Shown here in pieces: positions 6,651 to 15,206 of a DNA stretch of 44,974 nt (its first letter is position 1; each line of letters opens with the position of its first letter). Below the pieces are notes generated by a model, which saw only the letters and a list, made by a program, of their open reading frames with translations, ran no database searches and had not been told where the DNA came from. This DNA is from Myxococcota bacterium (GTDB taxonomy: Bacteria; Myxococcota_A; Polyangia; HGW-17): positions 1 through 44,974 of the forward strand of contig JAHJLU010000383.1 of NCBI GenBank assembly GCA_018821745.1, written 5' to 3'. The position numbers and the translations under genes were made by a program.

Positions 6651-9077
6651 ATGTCCTTGAGAGCACAATTGAATATGTCACACAATCTATCCGTTCTATT
6701 TATGGGCTTTCTGCTGATCGCTCCGGGCTGCACAAAGAAATGCCCCGGCAGAACCGTCGTCTCCTGCCCCAGTGTCCAGAATACCATGACCACCGGGGGT
6801 CGGATAAAGATCCCTCGACCCAACATTTTCCTTGATCTGGAGAAGGTGGCCACGGGTTCTTATCTGTCGGGGAGCGTCCGTGGAATCAAGTGGTCCCCCA
6901 CGGGGAGTCACCTCACCTTCCTCAAGACGGGAGACAGGGGCCTCACCGAGCTGTGGGCCTACAATGTCTCCTCGAGAAATATCTCCCCCCTTGTCAAGAG
7001 CGCATCCCTGGTTCAGCGTGTCCACGAGACCGAGAGCGAAAAGGCTTCCCGGGAGCGAAAACGCATAGCCGAGCGGGGTATTGTGAGCTATTTCTGGGCC
7101 CCCGACGGCAAGAGCATCCTCTTCCCCCTCTCCGGTGATCTCTATCTCTACACCCTGGCAACGGGAAAAGCCCGCCGCCTGACCAACGACAAGGACCCCG
7201 AGATTGATCCCACCTTCAGCCCCGACGGTTCCCACATGGCATGGGTGAAAAAGGGAAACCTCCAGATCCTGAATATTCGCTCGGGCAAGGTCACACCCCT
7301 CACCAAGGGTGCCACCAAAACCAGATTCTTCGGCCTCTCGGAGTTCGTGGCCCAGGAGGAAATGGACCGTTACCGTGGCTACTGGTGGGCCCCAGACGGT
7401 AAACGTATTGCCTACCTCGATGTGGACGAGTCCAAAGTCCGGGTACGCAAGCGCCTCGATGTGGACGCCGAGGCTTTCCGTGTAAGCTCCCAGCGGTATC
7501 CCTCGGTGGCCACCCCCAACGCGTTGGTCAAGGTGGCGGTAGTGACCCTGGCATCAAAGAAATCGGTTTATATGATGCTCCCCGGCTATGAATACATCCC
7601 CCGGGTCAAGTGGGTCAACTCAGCCGAAGTCTCCGTCCAGACCCAGAACCGGCAGCAGACCATACTCAAACTGAATGTCTGCGACCCCCGAAAGGGAGCG
7701 TGCCGGGTCATTCACACAGAGCGGGACAGCAAATGGGTGGAGCTCCACAAAGACCTGTATTTCATCGATGGAGGCCGGCGCCTCCTGTGGAGCACGGAAA
7801 ATTACCCTCTGAATTTCGGCGGATCATCCATTGGCAGCGGCAAACTGGCCCGCACCCTGGTGCTCGCCACCCGCACCCAGAAGGGTCGCCTCCTGGCGCC
7901 CCACCCCATCCCCATGATGAGCGGGTACACCTTCCATCGCCTCCTGGCCGTCGATGAGAAGCAGCAGATCATTTATTTCTCGGCGTTTGGCGATATGGGT
8001 CGTTCCAACCATCTGTTTTCCTACACCTACGGGACACTGCCCACACCCCAAAGCCGCGCCTGGTCCGGAGTTCAGTACCCCAACAGCAACACATCGGGGC
8101 TCCGCATAATTACCGGGGCCCTCCGGTTCAATCGCTTTACCATCTCCCCCGACAAGAAAACCTTCCTGGAGACCACCTCCGATATCCAGACCGATACCCA
8201 ACTGATCATCAAAAACATGGGAGGAAGCCAACTGGCTGTTCTCCCGCAGATCCGCCCCATGGACCCGATCGTGTCCCGCCTCCCCCGCCCGAGCTTCGTC
8301 TCCATTCCCCTGTCTGACAAAAATGGCACCGCCCTCAACGGTCTTCTGTTCAGCCCCCGCCCATACGCATCGAGCTCCGTCAAATATCCCGCCATCATCT
8401 TTGTCTACGGTGGGCCCCACGGACACATGGTTCGCCGTCAATCCTCAAAATACAACCTCTGGAGCCAGTATCTTGCGGAGCGAGGCTTCTACGTCCTCCA
8501 TGTGGACGGCAGGGGCGGCCTCTACCGTGATCGTCAGTTCGCCAAGGCACCACACAAGGATTTCGGTTCCTTCGAGGTCATCGACTCCGAGATGGCGGCC
8601 CGGTACATGAGCAAGCTCCCCCGGGTGGACGAAAGCCGCATCGGCATCTGGGGATGGAGTTATGGCGGATACGCGGTCCTTGCAGCCCTCTCCGGTACCC
8701 GCAACGTCTTCAGAGCGGGTTTCGCCGTCGCTCCACCCACGGACTGGACGCTCTACGACACCCATTACACGGAGCGCTATCTGGGCACCGGCGGCAAATC
8801 CAGCGCCCCTTACAAAAAAAGCCTCATAGACTCAGCCCGTCTGCGAAAACTGAGTGCCCCCCTCATGGTTGTCCATGGAATGTCCGATGACAACGTGCTT
8901 CTCATCAACTCCTTGAGAATCATCAAAAAAATGCAGGATATCAAGCACCCCTTCGAGATGATGCTCTACCCGGGGAAAGCCCACTCCCTGTGGGGAAACA
9001 GCACCCGGGTCCACCTGATCTCGCAGCTCACGGCCTTTTTCATCAACCACCTCTCGCCCCCCTCCTTCACCCCCTGA
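6651..9077 (+). CDS. Dipeptidyl-peptidase IV / prolyl oligopeptidase family S9 serine peptidase, lipoprotein
   Basis: Nucleophile elbow GWSYGGY, then VVHGMSDDNV (Asp) and PGKAHS (His). N-terminal DPP-IV-type propeller repeats (WSPTGSHLTF, FWAPDGKSILF, FSPDGSHMAWV, WWAPDGKRIAYL). Lipobox LLIAPGC. ATG 6651 is chosen because the track start at 6495 overlaps the divergent gene. Confidence 0.9.
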   Translation: MSLRAQLNMSHNLSVLFMGFLLIAPGCTKKCPGRTVVSCPSVQNTMTTGGRIKIPRPNIFLDLEKVATGSYLSGSVRGIKWSPTGSHLTFLKTGDRGLTELWAYNVSSRNISPLVKSASLVQRVHETESEKASRERKRIAERGIVSYFWAPDGKSILFPLSGDLYLYTLATGKARRLTNDKDPEIDPTFSPDGSHMAWVKKGNLQILNIRSGKVTPLTKGATKTRFFGLSEFVAQEEMDRYRGYWWAPDGKRIAYLDVDESKVRVRKRLDVDAEAFRVSSQRYPSVATPNALVKVAVVTLASKKSVYMMLPGYEYIPRVKWVNSAEVSVQTQNRQQTILKLNVCDPRKGACRVIHTERDSKWVELHKDLYFIDGGRRLLWSTENYPLNFGGSSIGSGKLARTLVLATRTQKGRLLAPHPIPMMSGYTFHRLLAVDEKQQIIYFSAFGDMGRSNHLFSYTYGTLPTPQSRAWSGVQYPNSNTSGLRIITGALRFNRFTISPDKKTFLETTSDIQTDTQLIIKNMGGSQLAVLPQIRPMDPIVSRLPRPSFVSIPLSDKNGTALNGLLFSPRPYASSSVKYPAIIFVYGGPHGHMVRRQSSKYNLWSQYLAERGFYVLHVDGRGGLYRDRQFAKAPHKDFGSFEVIDSEMAARYMSKLPRVDESRIGIWGWSYGGYAVLAALSGTRNVFRAGFAVAPPTDWTLYDTHYTERYLGTGGKSSAPYKKSLIDSARLRKLSAPLMVVHGMSDDNVLLINSLRIIKKMQDIKHPFEMMLYPGKAHSLWGNSTRVHLISQLTAFFINHLSPPSFTP

Positions 9078-9255
9078 TTCTCACCATGCGGCGCGATGCC
9101 AAAACCAGCCAATGACCGGTCGTTTCTCCTGAAAAGAACTGAGAATTCTTGTTTTATAAAAATATAACAACCACTTAAAACTGATGTTTTAAATTTGTGT
9201 TTTTTTTACCAATGGGGATTTTTTTTTCCGTATGATGGGGCCAACGGAGGCAACT

Positions 9256-10638
9256 ATGGACACAGCTCCCTATTCAGAACCATATAAAATCAAAGTAGTA
9301 GAACAAATAAAACAGATCTCGCGAGAGGAACGGGCGCAAAAAATCAGGGAGGCACACTACAACCTCTTTTTGCTGCACGCTGAGGATGTGTATGTGGATC
9401 TCCTCACGGATTCAGGAACCGGAGCCATGAGCGACCGCCAGTGGGGGGCCCTCATGGAGGGGGACGAGAGCTACGCGGGTTCCCGAAGTTTCTTCGCCAT
9501 GAAAACGGCCATCAACGATATCCTCGGGCTTCCCCATGTGCTCCCTACCCATCAGGGAAGGGCGGCGGAGAATGTACTCTTCTCGGCACTCATCAAAGAG
9601 GGAGATGTCATCCCCGGGAACAGCCACTTCGACACCACCAAGGGGCACATCGAGTTCCGCAAAGCGTCAGCCGTTGACTGCACCATCGCCCAGTCCAAAG
9701 ATCCTTCCCTGAACCATCCCTTCAAGGGCAATGTCGACCTCATGGCACTGGAACAGTGCATCGCACAGCACGGGGCCGGGAGAATCCCCATGGTCATCAT
9801 CACCATCACCTGTAACTCGGGTGGTGGACAGCCCGTGTCCCTCGAAAACATCAGGGCTGTGGCCGAGATCACTAAAAAACACGGGATTCCGCTGATATTC
9901 GACGCAGCAAGGTTTGCAGAGAACGCCTACTTCATCAAGACCAGGGAGTCTGGCTGTGATAACCTCACCATCCGTGAGATTTGCCACGAGATGTTCACCT
10001 GTGCCGACGGGTGTACCATGTCGTCCAAAAAAGACGCCATCGTCAACATGGGAGGCTTCATCGCCCTGCGCAGTGAAGAACTCTTTCAGGCCTGCAGCGT
10101 CTTCAACATTATCTATGAGGGTTATATCACCTACGGTGGCATGTCCGGACGTGACATGGCGGCTCTGGCCCGGGGGCTCTACGAAGGCACGGAGTTTGAC
10201 TATCTCCACTCCCGAATCTCCCAGACGGCGTACCTTGGTAAACGCTTGGTGGAAGAGGGAATCCCCGTCCTACATCCCTTCGGCGGCCACGCTATCTACG
10301 TCAATGCCCTGGAATTCCTGCCCCACATTCCCCAGGAGCAGTTCCCCGCACAGGTCCTCGGCGTTGAACTCTACATTGAAGGCGGTGTCCGCGGCGTCGA
10401 GATAGGCACGGTCCTGGCAGACAGGGATCCCGTCACCCGGGAGAACCGACCCCCCAATATGGAGCTGCTGCGACTTGCCATTCCCCGCCGCGTCTACACC
10501 AACAATCACATGGAGGTGGTGGTGTGGGCGCTGAAAAAGGTGTGGCAGCGCAGAGAGCAACTCAAGGGGCTCTCCCTCACCTTCGAGGCGCCAATAATGC
10601 GCCACTTCACCGCCCACTTCACTCCTGTCAGTTCCTGA
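9256..10638 (+). CDS. PLP-dependent beta-eliminating lyase, tryptophanase / tyrosine phenol-lyase family
   Basis: Near full-length colinearity with recalled TnaA/TPL sequences: DLLTDSGTGAMSD, PTHQGRAAE, ITCNSGGGQPVS, FAENAYFIK, the PLP-lysine region MSSKKDAIVNMGG, RLAIPRRVYT and MRHFTA. GGAGG lies 5 nt before ATG 9256. Confidence 0.93.
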   Translation: MDTAPYSEPYKIKVVEQIKQISREERAQKIREAHYNLFLLHAEDVYVDLLTDSGTGAMSDRQWGALMEGDESYAGSRSFFAMKTAINDILGLPHVLPTHQGRAAENVLFSALIKEGDVIPGNSHFDTTKGHIEFRKASAVDCTIAQSKDPSLNHPFKGNVDLMALEQCIAQHGAGRIPMVIITITCNSGGGQPVSLENIRAVAEITKKHGIPLIFDAARFAENAYFIKTRESGCDNLTIREICHEMFTCADGCTMSSKKDAIVNMGGFIALRSEELFQACSVFNIIYEGYITYGGMSGRDMAALARGLYEGTEFDYLHSRISQTAYLGKRLVEEGIPVLHPFGGHAIYVNALEFLPHIPQEQFPAQVLGVELYIEGGVRGVEIGTVLADRDPVTRENRPPNMELLRLAIPRRVYTNNHMEVVVWALKKVWQRREQLKGLSLTFEAPIMRHFTAHFTPVSS

Positions 10639-10675
10639 AAAAACCTCACACGGGAGGGGAAAGTTCGGCCCGCTG

Positions 10676-12289
10676 CTAGTTGCAGTAGTCTACGGCGCCG
10701 TTTTCGACACAGGTGAGTCCATAGTCACTGCACTCTTCGTAAAACTCCCAGTGGTAGCAATTATCGAGGCCCTGGGCGCACTCGCGCAGCTCCGTCCCGA
10801 AACACCGGTACTCCGGATAGGTGCAGTCATCAACACAATCATATGAGCATTCCGCGGAAAATCCATTTTCTTCACAGATCTGACCATAGTCCGCGCAGTA
10901 GTCATAGTCTGTCCAGTAATAACACAGGTCGTAGTCCTCTTCACATGATTGCACCGTGGTGCCGCTGCACCGGTAGAAGCCGTAGCCAGCACACTCGCTG
11001 ACGCAATTGTATTCGCAGACGGGCGACCCCGATGATTCGTCGCAGACCATTCCCCATGCATCACAGTCGTCGTATTCCTCCCAGTACCTGCAACCGTCGT
11101 AGTCTTCTGTGCACTCAACAATGAGATCACCGCTGCACTGCTGCTCATAAAGCGTAGGACACTCATGGAAACATTCAACAGCACAATAGGGTGTCCCGCT
11201 GGTATCATCACAGACCTGACCGTAGAGCCCGCAATTGTCCGTGACCTCCCAGTCACGGCACCCGCTGGTCTGCATAACACACTCCTCCACCGCATCTCCA
11301 TTGCACCGGGAAGACCCCGTAGGGGAACATATATTGGTGCAATTTGAAGTACATACCGCCGTCCCGGTGTGATCTTCGCAGAACTCTCCCGTGAGAGCAC
11401 AGGAATCCGTGTAGCTCCACTCCAGACAGCCGGCGGCGCTCCAGTTACAGGTCTCGATAACATCGCCGTTGCAGCGGGTCTGGTCCACCACCGTGCAGTC
11501 ACTCACGCAGGCGGCGCAGGCAGGAGGCCAGGCGCTGTCATCACAGGTCTCTGACGAGAGGCCACAGTCCTCGGTCAGGGAGTATCCGTAGCAACCGCTC
11601 GATTGGGTCTCGCAAAACTCTATGCGGGTCCCGTTGCAGCGGTAATCATTGGGGATACACACATCGGCGCAGGTGTCACTGCAGGCCGGACCACCGGCGG
11701 CCGAGGGATCACAGGTCCTTCCCGTGATCATACAGTCCACCTGGGTCTGCCACACGTTGCAGCCGGCACCTCCCATGACGCACTCCTCAAGAATGTTTCC
11801 GTTACACTGGGTCTCGGTATCGCTGCAGGCATCCACACACACCACACAGGTTGCGACCTCTTCCACCATGCCACACACGAAAGAGTTGTCCTCGCAGTTC
11901 TCCTGGAAGCTCCAATGACGACAGCCATCCTCCCCCAGCTCACAGTTCTGTATATTATTGTTGTTACAGCGGGTCTCTCCCTCTGAACAATCATTCACAC
12001 ACGCCTCTACACAATTGGAGAGGTCAAAGGAGCAATCGGTGTTGCAGCCCAGGATCCCGCTCTCAAAGCCGAGATCCATGCAATCCTTGTCAGCAAGGTC
12101 CGTCCCGTCACACTCCTCCCCGAAATCACGCACATCATTACCGCACACCACATTGTTTGTGTTGTTTGTATTGTTGATATTATTAGAATTATTCACATTA
12201 TTGACGTTATTGACGTTATTCGTGGAGGCATCGTCACAGGCCCCAAAGAGCAGCACACCAACCACCAGGGGGAGCAAATAATTTTTCAT
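10676..12289 (-). CDS. Secreted Cys-rich repeat lipoprotein: lipobox, Asn-rich linker, one CGxD...ECD module, eight tandem 8-Cys modules
   Basis: ATG 12289 gives MKNYLLPLVVGVLLFGAC (lipobox), with GAAAGG upstream. The linker is NNVNNVNNVNNSNNINNTNNTNN. Then comes CGNDVRDFGEECDGTDL...C. The eight repeats are described under the repeat feature at 10682..12001. Confidence 0.85.
   Translation of the reverse strand: MKNYLLPLVVGVLLFGACDDASTNNVNNVNNVNNSNNINNTNNTNNVVCGNDVRDFGEECDGTDLADKDCMDLGFESGILGCNTDCSFDLSNCVEACVNDCSEGETRCNNNNIQNCELGEDGCRHWSFQENCEDNSFVCGMVEEVATCVVCVDACSDTETQCNGNILEECVMGGAGCNVWQTQVDCMITGRTCDPSAAGGPACSDTCADVCIPNDYRCNGTRIEFCETQSSGCYGYSLTEDCGLSSETCDDSAWPPACAACVSDCTVVDQTRCNGDVIETCNWSAAGCLEWSYTDSCALTGEFCEDHTGTAVCTSNCTNICSPTGSSRCNGDAVEECVMQTSGCRDWEVTDNCGLYGQVCDDTSGTPYCAVECFHECPTLYEQQCSGDLIVECTEDYDGCRYWEEYDDCDAWGMVCDESSGSPVCEYNCVSECAGYGFYRCSGTTVQSCEEDYDLCYYWTDYDYCADYGQICEENGFSAECSYDCVDDCTYPEYRCFGTELRECAQGLDNCYHWEFYEECSDYGLTCVENGAVDYCN
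10682..12001 (-). repeat. Eight tandem 54-56-codon modules, each with 8 Cys (protein-level repeat, diverged at DNA level)
   Basis: Module starts fall at ORF residues 116, 170, 226, 280, 336, 392, 448 and 504. The pattern is C-x3-C-x6/7-C-(N/S)G-x5-C-x6-C-x2-W-x5-C-x6-C-x8/9-C. Example: CADVCIPNDYRCNGTRIEFCETQSSGCYGYSLTEDCGLSSETCDDSAWPPAC. Confidence 0.8.
12152..12223 (-). repeat. Asn-rich low-complexity linker coding region containing a short 9-bp tandem repeat
   Basis: Encodes TNNVNNVNNVNNSNNINNTNNTNN directly after the lipobox Cys. The forward strand contains ttattgacgttattgacgttatt. About 40 nt are near-identical (synonymous differences only) to 25737..25787. Confidence 0.8.
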
Positions 12290-12339
12290 ATCAAATGCCT
12301 TTCCGGCCAAAGAATCACACACAGGTGGCCTTCTTTGTT

Positions 12340-12368
12340 TTGCCATTTACTCTTCAGCGTAGTAAAAA
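12340..12368 (+). promoter_or_regulatory. Sigma70-like promoter candidate for the DUF89 gene
   Basis: TTGCCA (12340..12345), a 17-nt spacer, then TAAAAA (12363..12368), in the 105-nt divergent intergenic region. Confidence 0.25.
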
Positions 12369-12394
12369 ATGGGGGATTGTCGAGAAAAACCTGT

Positions 12395-13252
12395 ATGAAA
12401 ACGTACCTCGAGTGTTTCAGTTGTTTTATGAACAGTGCCGTCAGGACGGCAAAAACCTTCAGCAATGACAGGGAGTTTCAGGAGAAAGTGAGCCGTGAGA
12501 TTCTGGGGTTTTTGTCCCTCATTGATCTCTCCCGAACCCCGCCGGAGATGGGCGCATTTATCGAGCACCACATCTTCTCAAGCCTCGCGCTTGACGATCC
12601 CTTTGGTCCCCTGCGGTCCCAATATAACAAACTCATGCTCAACCTCCTTCCCCGTTTCCGCCAAGAGGTCACGGCTGCTTCCAGTCCCTTTGAAGCAGCC
12701 CTCAGGCTGGCCATAGGGGGGAATATTATCGATTTCGGCAATGAATACACCATGACCGAGGAGCTGGTCCACGAGACCCTCACTTCATCCATGACCGCCA
12801 CCTTCCACCTGGGCACTCCCGGGGCGCTGGATGCGCTCATCAAGAGGGCCGGAACGATCCTTTATATCGGTGACAACTGTGGAGAGATCGTACTGGATCG
12901 ACTCTTCATCGAGACCGTGGGGCCAAAAAAATTCACCTTCGCAGTCCGAGGAGCCCCCATCCTCAACGATGTGGTCCGTGAGGACGCCAGGGAGGCTGGT
13001 CTCGATACCCTGGTACCTGTGATCGATACAGGCCAGGCCATCCCCGGGGTGGTCCTTTCCAGCGCCTCCGAAGCTTTTCTTCAGGAGTGGGAGGCCTCGG
13101 ATCTGGTCATCGCCAAGGGCCAGGGAAACTACGAAACTCTCAGTGAAACGCAAAAACCTGTCGCCTTTCTGCTCAAAGCGAAATGCAGCGTGGTCGCCCG
13201 CCACCTGAAGGTCCCCCAGGGCTCCATGGTTATCCATCTGGCAAACTGCTAA
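12395..13252 (+). CDS. DUF89 / ARMT1-like damage-control phosphatase family protein
   Basis: Metal-site motifs GDNCGEIVLD and AKGQGNYE, plus LRLAIGGNIIDFG, are typical of DUF89. ATG 12395 is preferred to the longer track ORF, which overlaps the divergent gene. Confidence 0.8.
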   Translation: MKTYLECFSCFMNSAVRTAKTFSNDREFQEKVSREILGFLSLIDLSRTPPEMGAFIEHHIFSSLALDDPFGPLRSQYNKLMLNLLPRFRQEVTAASSPFEAALRLAIGGNIIDFGNEYTMTEELVHETLTSSMTATFHLGTPGALDALIKRAGTILYIGDNCGEIVLDRLFIETVGPKKFTFAVRGAPILNDVVREDAREAGLDTLVPVIDTGQAIPGVVLSSASEAFLQEWEASDLVIAKGQGNYETLSETQKPVAFLLKAKCSVVARHLKVPQGSMVIHLANC

Positions 13253-13409
13253 AAATCGCACCATCCCCATTTTATCTTCCCCTGAGGCCTCGCTGAAAAA
13301 TAGGTGCACCTCCCGTGGCTTCACATATTTACTCTCCCGGTCCCCCGTGCTATGGTTTATTTATCCAGCAAATTGTTAACGGCAGTTATGCCTGAATTGA
13401 GGAATCACC

Positions 13410-15155
13410 ATGAAATTTCTGTTTCTGCTCACTATTATTTTTGTGGTCGCCTGCAGTGAGGAGGTCAGCAGCTCTTCAGAATGCGGAGATAACGTCCTTG
13501 ATGTTGGGGAAGAGTGTGACGGGACCAATACGGGGGGGGCGCAGTGTTCCGATCACGGGTTTTATTACGGGCCCGTGTCGTGCAACGACGACTGCACCCT
13601 GGACCTCTCCTTGTGCAGCAACTCCTGTGGAGACGGCGTCCTTGACGGGAGTGAGGAGTGTGATGATGAGAAATTCGGCGGAGTAACCTGCCAGACCCTC
13701 GGATACAACGGCGGAGTCCTCGCGTGTACACTCGCCTGTACCTTTGATGTCACCGACTGTCAGAGCTCCGGTCGCTGTGGCGACGGGACCATTGACGAGT
13801 TGGAGGACTGTGAAGGAGAGGACCTCAACGGATCCACCTGCGAAGATCTCGGGTTTGACGGGGGAACGCTCCGCTGCGCTTCCGACTGTTCCTACGATGA
13901 CTCCTTTTGTCTCCATGTTGGGTGTGGGGACTTTATTCAGGCGGGCAATGAGGAGTGTGACGGGACCGATTATGGTGGCCAGTCCTGCGGGACCCTGGGG
14001 TATTACGGGGGTGACGTGACCTGTAACGAAAACTGCACGCTGGATATTTCCGACTGTGAATCCCACGGGTGGTGTGGTGACGGAACAGCCAACGGAGATG
14101 AAGAGTGCGACGCTGATGATCTCATGGATCAAGCATGCAGTGACCTTGGGTACCACGGTGGGGCGCTCACCTGTTCCCCCGCATGTGAACTGATTCTCAC
14201 GGACTGTTACAGTTACGGCACCTGTGGTGACGGGATTGTCAACGAGCCCTATGAAACATGTGATGGTTCCAGCATGGGCGCCTTCTCAACCTGTGAGGAC
14301 AACCCGACAGAGAACTATTACAACGGCACCCACACACCCACCTGTACCCCGGAGTGCACCGTGGACTTCGGAGACTGCCCGCTCAACGGGAGCTGCGGTG
14401 ACGGAATCAGGCAGGCTGCCTACGAGGAGTGTGAAGGTGCCTTCCTGGGAAGTGCCACCTGCGGCTCAGTCAACCCCGGCTCCACAGGGACACTCACCTG
14501 CAATGCAAATTGTTCCTTCAACACCAGCCTCTGTACGGGAACCTGTGATGGTGCAGCCCTGGAGCCCGGTGAAATGTGCGACGGGTCTTTGTTCCCCGGG
14601 GGGCAGGACTGCGGTGATTACGGTTACAATCCCGGGCCCGCGGCTCTCACCTGTGTGGACTGCGAGAGCATCGATGACAGCTCCTGTGTCTCCAACGGAT
14701 ACTGTGGGGACAACATCCTCCAGTCTCCCTACGAAAAATGCGATTATTCAACGGCCCCCTCATGCACAAGCCTTGGGTATGAAGCAGGAACAACAGCTCC
14801 CTGCGTCGATTGTGAGGTGGACACCTCGGCGTGCCACAACACCAGCCCCGGGATTGTGGGGGATGCCTGTACCAGTGTCGCTCAGTGCGATGAATTCACG
14901 GGGACCACTCTCAATAATATGTGCCTGACATCCCTGGGAGGAAGCCCTGTTCTTGGCGGGTACTGCACCGCCGTGTGCACGGGTATTTCGGATCATCGCT
15001 GCGCAGTCAACGGAGGCCTGTGCATGCCCAATCCCATCAATTCGCTGAATTACTGCATGAAACCTTGCCGTGACAATGCCGACTGTACGCGCACCGGGTA
15101 CACCTGCCACATGTATATAGAGGGTTCCGGAACATATTATTTCTGCATGCCATGA
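13410..15155 (+). CDS. Secreted Cys-rich repeat lipoprotein (nine CGDG...ECD-type modules plus a Cys-rich C-terminal domain)
   Basis: GAGGA precedes the ATG. Signal and lipobox MKFLFLLTIIFVVAC. The repeats resemble the Myxococcus cysteine-rich repeat / DUF4215 family. Confidence 0.85.
   Translation: MKFLFLLTIIFVVACSEEVSSSSECGDNVLDVGEECDGTNTGGAQCSDHGFYYGPVSCNDDCTLDLSLCSNSCGDGVLDGSEECDDEKFGGVTCQTLGYNGGVLACTLACTFDVTDCQSSGRCGDGTIDELEDCEGEDLNGSTCEDLGFDGGTLRCASDCSYDDSFCLHVGCGDFIQAGNEECDGTDYGGQSCGTLGYYGGDVTCNENCTLDISDCESHGWCGDGTANGDEECDADDLMDQACSDLGYHGGALTCSPACELILTDCYSYGTCGDGIVNEPYETCDGSSMGAFSTCEDNPTENYYNGTHTPTCTPECTVDFGDCPLNGSCGDGIRQAAYEECEGAFLGSATCGSVNPGSTGTLTCNANCSFNTSLCTGTCDGAALEPGEMCDGSLFPGGQDCGDYGYNPGPAALTCVDCESIDDSSCVSNGYCGDNILQSPYEKCDYSTAPSCTSLGYEAGTTAPCVDCEVDTSACHNTSPGIVGDACTSVAQCDEFTGTTLNNMCLTSLGGSPVLGGYCTAVCTGISDHRCAVNGGLCMPNPINSLNYCMKPCRDNADCTRTGYTCHMYIEGSGTYYFCMP
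13482..14834 (+). repeat. Nine tandem ~48-57-codon 6-Cys modules, CGDG-x5-(E)ECD-x9-C-x3-LGY-x-GG-x3-C-x3-C-x6-C
   Basis: Module-initial Cys at residues 25, 73, 123, 172, 222, 272, 329, 379 (degenerate) and 432. Example: CGDGVLDGSEECDDEKFGGVTCQTLGYNGGVLACTLACTFDVTDC. Confidence 0.8.
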
Positions 15156-15206
15156 CAGGGAAGGCTCCAGTATTCACTCCCCCATCTTTCGTTCCACGAC
15201 CCCGGA

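Noticed and set aside
9086-9115. 9-codon mini-ORF (MRRDAKTSQ) as a TnaC-like leader peptide
   Set aside because: It has no SD and no Trp codon, and lies 140 nt from the lyase start with no attenuator-like structure.
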